The notes: generated by a model from the sequence alone, not told the origin. DNA of 64,000 nucleotides from Candidatus Thorarchaeota archaeon (GCA_019057475.1 DXJO01000038.1:1-64000); one strand, 5' to 3'. Positions 48,599 through 58,705 are shown, numbered from the stretch's first letter. A program made the numbers and translations.

Positions 48599-49009
48599 AT
48601 GCCCCCTAAGGATATGAACGTCATAATTTTTGGATGTATGCAGTGCTGTTACGCTGCAGCGGACCTAGCGGGCACGATGAAGTTACAGTACGACGTGACG
48701 AGCCGGCTAATCCGCATGCCGTGCACCGCGCGCCTGGACATCAACTTCATCCTGAAGGCGTTGCAGGAGGGTGCGGACGGCGTGCTGATTGTTGGCTGTC
48801 ATCCGGGAGACTGCGCGTTCAAGACCGGCAACCTAGGGGCAGAGCGACGCGTCAGATTCGCAAGGAAGCTGATTGGCCAACTGGGCCTGAACGAGAATCG
48901 TGTGAAGATGGTGTTCGTGAGCGCTGCAGAGGGCGACCTGTTCGTCAAGCACGTCAACGACTTCGCAGATGAGATCAGGGCGATAGGGCCAAACCCGATA
49001 AGGCTCTAG
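48599..49009 (+). CDS. mvhD: hydrogenase iron-sulfur subunit MvhD
   Basis: GCMQCCYAAADLAG, RMPCTAR, GADGV..GCHPGDC, VSAAEG. Confidence 0.92.
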   Translation: MPPKDMNVIIFGCMQCCYAAADLAGTMKLQYDVTSRLIRMPCTARLDINFILKALQEGADGVLIVGCHPGDCAFKTGNLGAERRVRFARKLIGQLGLNENRVKMVFVSAAEGDLFVKHVNDFADEIRAIGPNPIRL

Positions 49010-49052
49010 ACGGCAAGCGTTAAACAGAAGCGAAGCCTATGCACCTCGTTGA

Positions 49053-49463
49053 CTAATATCTTCTGACATCAATTCCGACTATTTTCTCATAGTGACGGTC
49101 TTGAGTGATGATTGTGGAGCATCCATTTGTGAAGGCAATTGCGGCAGTCAGACAGTCATTGACACCTATTGGCTTGCCAGATCTCTCCAATTCTGTGTAG
49201 ATTCTGCTGGCACGGTCTGCAGCCTCAACGTCAAGATTCCAGATAGTGATTCTGGAGAGTAGCCTTCTAACAGCCTGTTCTTCGGAAGGGATTCGTCCTC
49301 TGACATCACATCCTCTGAATAGCTCGAATGCATTCACACTTGTACTGGCAAAATGGAAGCCCTCCGACTTGAGCCTGAGATACTGTTCTTGAGCCTTGTC
49401 GACCCCTCTCAGGAAATCGATAAGGAACGCAGTATCAAGGCATGCAAATGTCAATGTGACCAA
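49053..49463 (-). CDS. vapC: VapC PIN-domain toxin
   Basis: LDTAFLIDFLRG, FEL..G, DCLTAAIA, ITQDRHY. Confidence 0.92.
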   Translation of the reverse strand: MVTLTFACLDTAFLIDFLRGVDKAQEQYLRLKSEGFHFASTSVNAFELFRGCDVRGRIPSEEQAVRRLLSRITIWNLDVEAADRASRIYTELERSGKPIGVNDCLTAAIAFTNGCSTIITQDRHYEKIVGIDVRRY

Positions 49464-49663
49464 GCACCCCAGATCTCATCGAGGTCCTCGAATAGGCTTT
49501 CTCTCTCTTCATCGCTCATTGATAATATCCCAAAGAGGTCCGAGATATCGTCAACAGGACCTAGGAGCCGCAAAACGACATCACTGAAGGACTCTCTCTC
49601 TCTTTTCACTCTGCGAAGACGGTCGTAAGCCTTGTCGCTTAATGAGATATTCTTGTAACCCAT
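49451..49663 (-). CDS. vapB: VapB-type antitoxin
   Basis: KNISLSDKAYDRL..VK.ERESFSDVVLRLL; overlaps the vapC start. Confidence 0.88.
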   Translation of the reverse strand: MGYKNISLSDKAYDRLRRVKRERESFSDVVLRLLGPVDDISDLFGILSMSDEERESLFEDLDEIWGAWSH

Positions 49664-49776
49664 GGCAATCATCTGTGTATTCATACACAGAAACACAGAT
49701 AAATGCCGCGACTTGCACCCTAGTGCGGAGGTTGTTCCGCTATTCTGGATGCGCATCACTTTTCGCAATACAATGT

Positions 49777-50139
49777 ATGTACGCTGCAGCGGACCTAGCG
49801 GGCACGATGAAGTTACAGTACGATGTCACGTGTCGGCTAATCCGTATGCCCTGCACCGCGCGCCTGGACATCAACTTTATTCTGAAGGCCTTGCAGGAGG
49901 GGGCGGACGGCGTGCTGATTGTCGGTTGTCATCCCGGAGACTGCGCGTACAAGACGGGGAACCTGGGGGCAGAGCGACGCGTCAGATTCGCAAGGAAGCT
50001 GATTGGCCAACTGGGCCTGAACGAGGGCCGAGTGAAGATGGTGTTCGTGAGTGCGGCGGAGGGCGACCTGTTCGCGAGGGAGGTCAACGATTTCGCTGAC
50101 GAGATCAGGGCGATAGGACCTAACCCTATTAGGCTCTAA
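49777..50139 (+). pseudogene. mvhD: 5'-truncated second mvhD copy
   Basis: Near-identical to 48650-49009 but lacks the first 17 codons, including the CxxC ligands. Confidence 0.8.
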
Positions 50140-50266
50140 TGATCGTAGTCTGGCCTTAGCTTACTGACTCATTTTTTTGTTTGCAACGTCTGACTGGAAA
50201 CCTGATTCTCCCTAGGATGGGGCGCGCGATTCTAGTCGAAACCCACAAGAGGATTATCCGTCTAGA

Positions 50267-51085
50267 ATGGGATGGAGGCAAGAGAATAGAATGGTCGAAG
50301 ATGCATCCAAGGACATTGAAGGAGTCAGAAAGACGTGGGACGCGCATGCCAATAGGTACGATAAATGGTATGAGACCTTTGAGGGTGCAGTTGAACACTA
50401 CGTGGATTGGAAGCTACTAGAGGAATATCTGCCCGAAAACAAAAATGCAAAGATATTGGATGCTGCTGGCGGTACTGGAAGGATAACACTGCTTTTGGCA
50501 AGGATGGGGTACTCGATCACTCTGTGCGACATTTCTCCCAGAATGATGGACGTGGCAAAACAAAAACTACGCAAAGAGCGGCTCTTAGACAGAGTGCAAA
50601 TCTTAGAGTGCGATGTCCGTGACATTCCATTTCCTGACGAGAGTTTCGACTTTGTCCTCTGCTGGGACGGGATGATTGAGGCTGCAAGAGAGCTCATACG
50701 GGTAACAAAGAGAGGGGGAAAGATCTCAGTATTCCTAGTGAACAGATGCAGAGGGGCCATTGATCTATTTCAAGAAGACCCCACATCAGCTCTTGACCTA
50801 ATCAAATCACGTTCGGGCCATGTGCGTCATCATGAAATGAAACGTAGAGCCGTCAGTGCAGAAGAAGCACAATCGCTGTTTGAAGCAGGGGGGATTCGAG
50901 TTCTCGACATATATGCTGTATGTGGTTGGCTACCCCTGCTTCCTATCTCCAAGAAAGTTCTAAAGTCCCGCAGCTGGGATGAAGGATTCTTCAATCAGGT
51001 GACAGAAATGGTGTTAGGCTTGAGCAAAGAGCCCTCTGTTGGGGGGATGTCAAGACACTTGGTTCTATATGGAGAGAGAATCTAG
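50267..51085 (+). CDS. class I SAM-dependent methyltransferase
   Basis: ILDAAGGTG, DISPRM, FPDESFDFV. Confidence 0.9.
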   Translation: MGWRQENRMVEDASKDIEGVRKTWDAHANRYDKWYETFEGAVEHYVDWKLLEEYLPENKNAKILDAAGGTGRITLLLARMGYSITLCDISPRMMDVAKQKLRKERLLDRVQILECDVRDIPFPDESFDFVLCWDGMIEAARELIRVTKRGGKISVFLVNRCRGAIDLFQEDPTSALDLIKSRSGHVRHHEMKRRAVSAEEAQSLFEAGGIRVLDIYAVCGWLPLLPISKKVLKSRSWDEGFFNQVTEMVLGLSKEPSVGGMSRHLVLYGERI

Positions 51086-51120
51086 AGGCACCTTGAAAAT
51101 CCACTCTGTAAGGAAACGAC

Positions 51121-51179
51121 AGGTCAATGACTTCACTGACGAGATCAGGGCGATAGGGCCGAACCCGATAAGACTCTGA
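51121..51179 (+). repeat. third copy of the mvhD 3' end (59 bp)
   Basis: AGGTCAATGACTTCACTGACGAGATCAGGGCGATAGGGCCGAACCCGATAAGACTCTGA = VNDFTDEIRAIGPNPIRL*. Confidence 0.88.
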
Positions 51180-51484
51180 ACTCTAGAAGTCAGCAATTGA
51201 TTCTTCGACATGCAGTTAGGGTTGAGATTCGAGAAATGTGGGCGGAGCGAAACTGCTCCACTCCACAGCTCTCTTTCAGTAATCCAATTCCGAACGCAGA
51301 TATCGTGGAACAGCTCAGCTGGGTTCGGACCACCTCTCCAATGAATACAGAGCTAACAGCTCACTCAGAATATAGTTGGAGTAGACTTGTCGGATACCCC
51401 CGTCAATGTATTCCGATAAGCTGCAATCCTTATCAGATGCCCTCGTAGTTTGTATACTAGCAGGTCTGCATAAGGGGCGCTCAC

Positions 51485-52513
51485 GTGAGAATCAAAGAGA
51501 AACTCTGGGATTTCTTCTTGAACAGAATCATGTTGCCACAGATGGAGAAACGGATGTACCCTGAGAGATCCTTGGTCGCCAGGCCTGATGCGGTACGTGC
51601 CGCCGCTCAATCACCTGTACGGTTCGGCTTTCATCCCGGGGCTTTCGACCTCGAACACATACGAAGGCTCATGAAACGGCAACCAGGAAGCACATCCATC
51701 TTACACTTGATGGTACGGAGAATGCGTAACTCTGTTCGGTCTATCTCGGTTATGCCTTCAATCATGCGGAACATTCAGTATTCACACTCTTCTTTGGATA
51801 GGAATCCAAAGAGTCCCAAGACTCGAGTTGATGACAAGTTCTTGGGCGAGCTGGAGAGCTATGCAAAAACCCTCGGCATCGGTGCCGTAGGATATACGAA
51901 ACTCCCTCGAAACCTGATATTCCGTGACTTGGCGGTCCTGTACGATAATGCGATTGTGCTCACCATGGAGATGAACGCAAAGAAGATTGACAGAGCACCA
52001 AGCGAAGAGACCCAGGCGATGATCTTTGAAACCTATGATAGCCTTGGAATCGCATCCAACAGGCTCGCAGACTTCCTTAGAGAGCGGGGCTATGCCGCCC
52101 AAGCAAGTCACCCCCTCGGAGGGCCTGTACTGTATCCGCCATTAGCAGAGTTGGCCGGCTTAGGGTGGCACGGAAGACACGGTCTGCTCATCACACCGGA
52201 ATTTGGCCCAAGGGTGAGACTCACTGCCATCTACGTTAACATTGAGAACTTGCCGACTGATACGGAAAACCGACACGCTTGGATTCAGGAGTTCTGTTCC
52301 ACTTGCGGCCTATGCGTTGATAACTGTCCTCCAAATGCGATTTTCTCAGAACCAATCGTACACGAGGGCAACTCGTTGACGCACATGGATGTAGAGAAGT
52401 GCCTTCCATACTTCGCAGAATACTATGGTTGCACGATTTGCATCAAGGTATGTCCTTTCAGCAAAGGGAGGTTCGAGCAAATCAAGAAGCGGTTCCATGA
52501 AGGTCGTTCTTGA
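51485..52513 (+). CDS. reductive-dehalogenase/epoxyqueuosine-reductase-like cobalamin Fe-S protein
   Basis: LAELAGLGWHGRHGLLITPEFGPRVRL, FCSTCGLCVDNCP, C...YGCTICIKVCP. Confidence 0.82.
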   Translation: MRIKEKLWDFFLNRIMLPQMEKRMYPERSLVARPDAVRAAAQSPVRFGFHPGAFDLEHIRRLMKRQPGSTSILHLMVRRMRNSVRSISVMPSIMRNIQYSHSSLDRNPKSPKTRVDDKFLGELESYAKTLGIGAVGYTKLPRNLIFRDLAVLYDNAIVLTMEMNAKKIDRAPSEETQAMIFETYDSLGIASNRLADFLRERGYAAQASHPLGGPVLYPPLAELAGLGWHGRHGLLITPEFGPRVRLTAIYVNIENLPTDTENRHAWIQEFCSTCGLCVDNCPPNAIFSEPIVHEGNSLTHMDVEKCLPYFAEYYGCTICIKVCPFSKGRFEQIKKRFHEGRS

Positions 52514-52577
52514 TGTGTGATCAATTCGCATGCGTGCTTGGGATTCACCTATAGGTATTCCAACAAGGTTATTAACG

Positions 52578-52595
52578 ATAGTTAATGATAACTAT
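52578..52595. promoter_or_regulatory. palindromic operator upstream of iron permease
   Basis: ATAGTTA-ATGA-TAACTAT inverted repeat just before the start codon; AT-rich, Fur-box-like. Confidence 0.55.
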
Positions 52596-52603
52596 GTCGA
52601 GCT

Positions 52604-53500
52604 TTGATGATAGTTGCACCCATAATAATCTCATTGAGAGAAGGCATTGAGGCTGCTCTAGTTATTGCCATAATGATCGCCTACCTCCGTAGGTCGAATC
52701 AAAGAGATCTCACCCGATACGTCTTGGGTGGTGCAATCGCCGCCATTGTATCGAGTATGGCTATTGCCATATTGATGAGCATGCTGTGGGGTACATTTGA
52801 GGGCCCTCTACTTGCGGTGTTTGAGGGGACTGTAGTACTGATTGCTGCCTTGCTCCTCACAACGATGATTGTATGGATGTGGGGGGCAGGCTCCGGTGTT
52901 GCCGCTGAGATAGAAGACTCGATGAGTCAAAGAACGGCTCAGAACAGCGGCATTGGAGTAGCCCTCTTGGCATTTGCGCTCGTTCTACGCGAGGGGGTGG
53001 AACTAGTTCTGTTTGCGATGGCTCTAGCGATTCAGGACGGCCCCGAAACCTACCTTGGGGTGGCTATTGGGCTCACGCTTGCATTAGGTGTGGGGCTTGC
53101 AATTCATCAAGGATCCCTGAAGGTGAGCCTCAAGGCATTCTTCAACTGGACTTCTGTCCTTCTAGTGCTATTCGCTGCAGGAATGATGGCATATGGAATC
53201 CATGAGCTGCAGGAGGCAGGGCTGTTCCTGATTGGTCCTCTTGAGGTATGGAACATCAACCCTCCTCAGTTACCTGACGGAAGCTACCCGCTTCTTCATG
53301 AGAAAGGATTCATTGGTGCGATGTTCAAAGCCCTGTTTGGATACAACGGCAACCCCTCTGCGCTAGAAGTCATTGTGTATATCGGCTATCTTGTCGTGTT
53401 ATCGCTCTATTATCTCAGAAACAGAAGCGCGGGCGAAGGTGACACAAAGTCAGCATCTGATGGGAAAGACAATATCACTGTTGGCACTATATCCACATGA
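52604..53500 (+). CDS. FTR1-family iron permease
   Basis: Two RExxE motifs (LREGIEA, LREGVEL); about 7 TM segments. Confidence 0.93.
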   Translation: MMIVAPIIISLREGIEAALVIAIMIAYLRRSNQRDLTRYVLGGAIAAIVSSMAIAILMSMLWGTFEGPLLAVFEGTVVLIAALLLTTMIVWMWGAGSGVAAEIEDSMSQRTAQNSGIGVALLAFALVLREGVELVLFAMALAIQDGPETYLGVAIGLTLALGVGLAIHQGSLKVSLKAFFNWTSVLLVLFAAGMMAYGIHELQEAGLFLIGPLEVWNINPPQLPDGSYPLLHEKGFIGAMFKALFGYNGNPSALEVIVYIGYLVVLSLYYLRNRSAGEGDTKSASDGKDNITVGTIST

Positions 53501-53613
53501 CACGAATATGTGCACCATTAGAAACGCCTTTTACAGCACTTAATTCACAAATCTCTACAGGGGGAAGATAGAAACGTGAGAAGATACATCAAGATAGAGG
53601 GGGCGCCGAATAA

Positions 53614-54432
53614 ATGGTAAAGACCCAGAAAGAACGACGAACACTAAAATCTCGAGTCCGTAGGCAACTGAAAGACAATAAACTATGCGAGATAGCGTTT
53701 GATGAATTGGAGAGCGACGTAGAAGTCCAGACTCTCCTAGAGGACTCTAACAGAATGGCAATTGACCGTTTAGGCTACTCCGATCACGGTCATACACACT
53801 CACTGATTGTCACCATGAATGGCATAAGGCTCCTCAAAGAACTCAACAAGGGGATTGAGCCAACAATAGCTCACGAGGCAACTGGGGATATCAAAGATGC
53901 AGAGCTTGTCGTGTTGCTCGGTTGCTATCTACATGACATCGGGATGGTCACAGGCCGAACCAACCATGACGAATTCTCGGTTGTGTTTGCACTTCCTATT
54001 CTCGACAGGATTCTGGCGAAGGTATACCCCGGCGATAGACGCAAGCAGGTTCACATCAGAGGACACGTAGCTCATGCTATCTATTGTCACGATAAGGTTG
54101 CAATTCCCACAACAGTTGAGGCTGGAATAGTCGGAATCGCAGATGCGCTGGACATGACGAAAGGTCGTGCACGAATTCCGTTTGAGGCGGGAAGTGTCAA
54201 CATTCATTCCGCATCTGCAATGGCAATCGAGAAGGTTCAGATTCGTCCGGGAACGGAGAAGACAGTTCGAATCGAGGTCACAATGAACAATGCGTCGGGC
54301 ATCTTCCAGATTCAAGAACTACTAGAGAAGAAAATCAGGAATGCAGCAGCTCTTGTTGACCACATAGAGCTCTATGCTGTTATGTCCCCCCACGAGAACA
54401 AAATCATCAAAGAGCCCCTGAAAGTCCTTTAG
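53614..54432 (+). CDS. HD-domain phosphohydrolase
   Basis: YSDHG..H, LHDIG, ADALDM.KGRARIP. Confidence 0.9.
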   Translation: MVKTQKERRTLKSRVRRQLKDNKLCEIAFDELESDVEVQTLLEDSNRMAIDRLGYSDHGHTHSLIVTMNGIRLLKELNKGIEPTIAHEATGDIKDAELVVLLGCYLHDIGMVTGRTNHDEFSVVFALPILDRILAKVYPGDRRKQVHIRGHVAHAIYCHDKVAIPTTVEAGIVGIADALDMTKGRARIPFEAGSVNIHSASAMAIEKVQIRPGTEKTVRIEVTMNNASGIFQIQELLEKKIRNAAALVDHIELYAVMSPHENKIIKEPLKVL

Positions 54433-54567
54433 GGTTTCTTTGGTTACAACTTGTCACTTTCGGACATAGTTCAGTGCGATTTCGTGCAAACAGTTAATAT
54501 ATATGAGCTAGAACGAACACGAAACCCTGACGCATATACCGGTCTGTCACATTCTGGAGATGATGCG

Positions 54568-55005
54568 ATGAAACTTGATCCTATTGACCAGCAGATTATC
54601 ACAATGTTGCAGAACGATGGGAGACGCTCCTACTCTGAGATAGCAGAAACAGTAGGACGCACAGAAGTTACGATTCGGCGTCGCGTTCGTAGACTTGTGG
54701 ATGAAGGGACTATCAAACGGTTTACAGTCGTTCTAGATCCGCTCAAGACTGGACATAAGATTCGCGCGATTATTCGTGTCAAGACAATGATGAAACAGGC
54801 CAGCTTGATTGCCGAGAAGGTGAAGGGGTACGAGGAGGTCGATGAGGCGTATTTCTTGGATGGAGCTTGTGGGCTTATGTTGAAAGTTACTGTTGATGAC
54901 CTTGGGGGACTGCGCAGATTCCTAGAGAAACAACTGGGCAGTGTTTCAGGTGTGGGTGAAGTGGAAACCTGCATCATTCTTGAAGACATCAAGACAATTA
55001 CCTAG
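54568..55005 (+). CDS. Lrp/AsnC transcriptional regulator
   Basis: LDPIDQQII..LQNDGRRSYSEIA...RVRRL; start moved to 54568. Confidence 0.92.
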   Translation: MKLDPIDQQIITMLQNDGRRSYSEIAETVGRTEVTIRRRVRRLVDEGTIKRFTVVLDPLKTGHKIRAIIRVKTMMKQASLIAEKVKGYEEVDEAYFLDGACGLMLKVTVDDLGGLRRFLEKQLGSVSGVGEVETCIILEDIKTIT

Positions 55006-55008
55006 ACT

Positions 55009-55452
55009 GTGAGGCTTCTAAAGGTGCAATACACACTGCATCTTCGAGACCGTGACTTGAGCTTGTTACACACTCATGCCGAGAATTGTCTGCCCCTTGA
55101 ATCAGTCGCACTTCTATTTGGCGTCATTGAAGACCATCTAGTGGTCGTTACGCGCATAGAGTGCGTCAGAAATGAGTCTGACAAAGCAGCAACGTCATTT
55201 TACGTCAATCCGGAAGAGGAGTATCAACTTCTGATGGATGCAGAGGCGCGAGGAGAGGAACTGGTCGGAATCTTCCACTCACATCCGGCGGCCCTAATGC
55301 CTTCATCCTCCGACCTTGACAACATGCGACTTAATCCAGTTGTCTGGTTGATAGCCTCGAAGACATCCGGAGCTTGGAGTAGCAAGGGGTTTGTCTTGGA
55401 TGATGCAATTGCAGTTGAAATTCCCATAATGATCATGGCAGATGTTAGCTAG
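55009..55452 (+). CDS. JAMM/MPN+ metalloprotease
   Basis: E...GIFHSHP....PS..D motif. Confidence 0.9.
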   Translation: MRLLKVQYTLHLRDRDLSLLHTHAENCLPLESVALLFGVIEDHLVVVTRIECVRNESDKAATSFYVNPEEEYQLLMDAEARGEELVGIFHSHPAALMPSSSDLDNMRLNPVVWLIASKTSGAWSSKGFVLDDAIAVEIPIMIMADVS

Positions 55453-55754
55453 CTCAATCCCCTTATCGTACCTGAGGTTTTCATAGGTTCGAACGATACA
55501 CGAGTGTTTCCAATTGAATTTATCATTACAGCAGAGGCTATCACTTTCTCGAGCGCAGCCGCATTGCACTGAAGAATCCCAGTTCCTTTCTTTGCGTCGT
55601 AGCTGTTCAAATAGAACTTGGAATCTGCTGCGCATATTTCGCCGTATAGCGAGAGCAAACTTGACCAAATAGCATTCGAGAACTGCTTCTCCGAGATCTC
55701 TGCACCATTCCTGTGCAGAGTGAACTGCAGATACCGCTTTCTAGTCTTTTTCAC
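55449..55754 (-). CDS. RNase P protein Pop5/Rpp14
   Basis: RKRYL, LYGE, KTSGTIR. Confidence 0.9.
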   Translation of the reverse strand: MKKTRKRYLQFTLHRNGAEISEKQFSNAIWSSLLSLYGEICAADSKFYLNSYDAKKGTGILQCNAAALEKVIASAVMINSIGNTRVSFEPMKTSGTIRGLS

Positions 55755-56442
55755 GATTACCCCCTCGCTTCACAATCTCAACCCCCGGACCTACAAACTC
55801 CGAACTCAGCTTTCTCTCATTACGCTCAACAATCCGCTGAGGGGTATTGAACACGGCCTCTCTCGAATCTACTCTATTCATGCCAAGCATGAAACCAATG
55901 TATGTCATGGCCATTGGAGATCTCATGTTGATTGGATGGCTTGCTCCGCTCGATAGCACAATCTTCATGCCTGCATCGAGAGCAATTCTTGTAGATTCTC
56001 TGAAGCCCTTGAGGACCCTTGATCTATTCAGTCCTGCGGACTGCAGAATGGCCGTAAACTGAATCTCCAAGGCAGTTCCTGAATGTTCAGCCATGTGGGC
56101 CGTGCTTTCCTTTAGTGTGCTGCCAATATTGTCCTCTCCCAGGGTAAGCAGGTCTACCCTACGGTCCTCAGCCGCCCAATTCGAGGTTTCCACACCAGCT
56201 AACGGAAATGCTACAATTACTGCACGTCTTCTTAGATTTCCCAGTTCCTTCTTCAAGGAATGTATGCGTTTGCCATCTAAGACGGCCCGAGCGTATAGGA
56301 CAAGTCCTTTCCTACTCACCACGACGGGTTCATCGAGATTAATCGAAGGTGCAATTCCAGTGATTCCAAGCCTACCTGCCATATCTTCGAATTCACCTAA
56401 CCTTTCTGAGCCGGGAATTCTCACATTCAGGTCTATTGGCAT
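55741..56442 (-). CDS. RNase P protein Rpp30
   Basis: VDLL, SSGA....MRSP, C-terminal GVEIV; operon context. Confidence 0.88.
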   Translation of the reverse strand: MPIDLNVRIPGSERLGEFEDMAGRLGITGIAPSINLDEPVVVSRKGLVLYARAVLDGKRIHSLKKELGNLRRRAVIVAFPLAGVETSNWAAEDRRVDLLTLGEDNIGSTLKESTAHMAEHSGTALEIQFTAILQSAGLNRSRVLKGFRESTRIALDAGMKIVLSSGASHPINMRSPMAMTYIGFMLGMNRVDSREAVFNTPQRIVERNERKLSSEFVGPGVEIVKRGGNREKD

Positions 56443-56462
56443 TAGAACTGTCCTCCAGAAAC

Positions 56463-56906
56463 CTACAGTTGGCTCCTCACCAGAGCGATTGCATCATCAA
56501 GAACACACCTAGGATACTGTCTTAGATATACTTTGACACCGACAATGTCAGGGCCTCGGGCTAGAGTGATCCGTTCCAAGAAGGCTTCCTGCTTGTCAAG
56601 CCTGAGAAAGAGCACGCACCGTTCGCTAATGCGTTTATGCAATGTTCTGCCAATTTCGAGTCTGTCTTCTTGAGGGAACGCCTTCATTAGATAGTCAAAT
56701 GTGAGCTTACAGTCCTTCTTCCGATTCAGAACCGCAGAAACAATGACAATCGGGACTTGGTTGTGACTCTGCGTCTTGTTCATCTCTATTTTCAGGTCCT
56801 GACGAATCTCCTCCGCGTAAACATTCGTCACAGCAGCCCTTACTCTATCTATACTCTCAGTTGCATGCGAGTAGGCCCGCGCTTCTATTCGGCTAATGAA
56901 TGGCAT
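56463..56906 (-). CDS. DUF54 RNA-binding protein
   Basis: HATES.DRV, LFLRLDKQEA. Confidence 0.88.
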   Translation of the reverse strand: MPFISRIEARAYSHATESIDRVRAAVTNVYAEEIRQDLKIEMNKTQSHNQVPIVIVSAVLNRKKDCKLTFDYLMKAFPQEDRLEIGRTLHKRISERCVLFLRLDKQEAFLERITLARGPDIVGVKVYLRQYPRCVLDDAIALVRSQL

Positions 56907-56935
56907 GTTAGACCCCGTCAGAGGATTTTCATCAA

Positions 56936-57517
56936 CTACTTACCTACGTTACCCTTTGCACCAAGAGACGGCCTGATTTTCTCGGCACCTTTGCCCTTCT
57001 TCCTCAAGCCTCTACTTCTCTTACCGGCTGAAGTGAGTCCGCGATTTTCACGTCCCTTTTGAGTAACGTCACAGATCCAGTTGATTTGCGGATCATTATA
57101 GATGACAGGATGATTTGGATCCACCATGATTACTTCATGCCAGACCCACTTATGATCCGAACCGACCCAATACGAGTTGAGCACACGAAGGTTTGGAAGC
57201 TTCCGACCAGCCCGCTCTTCAGCAATCCACCGCCGTGATTTTTGAGGTGTGTATTTGACCACACCCATACTCCTGGGTTTCCTGCCCATTTTGGGTCTTG
57301 GCTTCTCACGCGGTCCTCTGCCAGTCATGACTCTGACAACCACATAACCTTGCTTTGCCTTGTAACCCAAATTGCGCGCCCTTCCAAGCCTCGTTGGTCG
57401 CTTGAGTCTTACAATTCTACCTTGTTTTCTCCAGATCATCAATCTGCTTCTAACAATCTCGGAGCGCTCTTTCTGCTCGTTAATCCAGGCTACATTCATG
57501 TGTCTATAAGCCGACAT
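56936..57517 (-). CDS. rpl15e: 50S ribosomal protein eL15
   Basis: [33 protein letters not shown]. Confidence 0.97.
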   Translation of the reverse strand: MSAYRHMNVAWINEQKERSEIVRSRLMIWRKQGRIVRLKRPTRLGRARNLGYKAKQGYVVVRVMTGRGPREKPRPKMGRKPRSMGVVKYTPQKSRRWIAEERAGRKLPNLRVLNSYWVGSDHKWVWHEVIMVDPNHPVIYNDPQINWICDVTQKGRENRGLTSAGKRSRGLRKKGKGAEKIRPSLGAKGNVGK

Positions 57518-57550
57518 TTCAATTGCCTTCCTTTGCAGTGATTAAATTCG

Positions 57551-57613
57551 CTTTGTTTGTGGTTCAGCCCTAATGGGCCACATCCCTTGCGGACGTATCC
57601 GCCAACACAAAGG
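57551..57613 (-). promoter_or_regulatory. structured 5' leader of rpl15e (eL15 r-leader-like)
   Basis: Minus strand CUUUGUGUUGG-CGGAUACGUCCGCAAGGGAUGUG-GCCC-AUUA-GGGC-UGAA-CCACAAACAAAG, with closing stem and inner hairpins. Confidence 0.65.
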
Positions 57614-57694
57614 AACGGTTTGGCCTGACCAAGCATTCTTGGTCTAAGCCAATCCCTGTCCATTGATATTCGCTTAAAGAGTTAGCGATGCAAC

Positions 57695-58612
57695 TTACTT
57701 GAACTCGTTGATGACCTTCTCAGCGGTCAGCTCGCCGACCCTTACTTGCGCCTCTTTAGTAGATGACGCGAGGTGTGGCGTTGCGACTAATCTCGGGTGT
57801 TTTACGAGTTTCCAGTCGGTTGGTGGTTCAGCAGTGTAAACATCAAGAGCAGCGCCAGCTATCAGTCCCTCGTCAAGCGCTCTTAGGAGTGCTGCTTCGT
57901 CAACGACACCCCCACGAGCTGTGTTTATCACATACGCAGTCTTCTTCATGCGCTTGAACTGATCATCACCAATCATACCCTTGGTTTCCGGTGACATGGG
58001 CACATTCATTGTGAGATAGTCTGCTTGCTCAATCATTTCGTCAAGCTCTACCTGTGTAGCGCCCAGTTTCTTTGCCTCCTCCTCTCTGCCAGGCCTGTCT
58101 TTCTTGACAATCATGACCTCCATGTCGAAGGCCTTGCCGCGTTTGATAATCTCCTTACCAATTCGTCCGAAGCCAATCACACCAAGCTTCTTCTGCCAGA
58201 GTTCGGTGCCCTTGAGCTTCTTCTTCTCCCACCTCTCATCCTTCATGGAGCTGTCCGCCACGGGAACTTTCCTAGCAAGAGCGAACATCAGAGCAAAGAC
58301 CATCTCAGCCACAGACACGGATGGAGCCTCTGGTGTGTTCATCACCTTCACTCCGTGCGTCTTAGCAGCTTCTTGGTCCACATTATCCAGGCCAACCCCT
58401 GCTCTAACAATCAGTTTTAGATTATCAGCAGCGGCTATGACGTCCTTTGTCATCTTTGTAGCACTTCGGATAACAACACAATCAAACCCTTTGATCTGCT
58501 CCTCAATGGGACCATCCTTTTCCTTGTTTCTGAGAACAATCTCAAGACCTGCATCTTTCATTTTCTGCACAGCTGATTCTGCTAATGCATCTGCAATAAG
58601 TATTCGAGCCAT
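57695..58612 (-). CDS. D-2-hydroxyacid / 3-phosphoglycerate dehydrogenase
   Basis: RAGVGLDNVD, GFGRIG, NTARG, LDVY..EP, TPHL. Confidence 0.93.
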   Translation of the reverse strand: MARILIADALAESAVQKMKDAGLEIVLRNKEKDGPIEEQIKGFDCVVIRSATKMTKDVIAAADNLKLIVRAGVGLDNVDQEAAKTHGVKVMNTPEAPSVSVAEMVFALMFALARKVPVADSSMKDERWEKKKLKGTELWQKKLGVIGFGRIGKEIIKRGKAFDMEVMIVKKDRPGREEEAKKLGATQVELDEMIEQADYLTMNVPMSPETKGMIGDDQFKRMKKTAYVINTARGGVVDEAALLRALDEGLIAGAALDVYTAEPPTDWKLVKHPRLVATPHLASSTKEAQVRVGELTAEKVINEFK

Positions 58613-58705
58613 CGTTGAAACCTCTCAATCTGACGACGCGCCAAGTCAACCCATTGCCATCTTAAACTTGACGACTCCAATATTTTCTTAAGTCTGGGCG
58701 CCGTT

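Noticed and set aside
46250-48600. CRISPR array associated with the Cas12f-like protein
   Set aside because: No regularly spaced repeats; TGAAAC twice at ~48271-48283 is too short to count
49642-49776. N-terminal extension of the second mvhD in the ORF track
   Set aside because: Non-homologous sequence overlapping the vapB start and promoter on the other strand
22940-50139. Selenocysteine recoding in HdrA/MvhD
   Set aside because: The relevant positions are Cys codons, with no in-frame TGA in these ORFs
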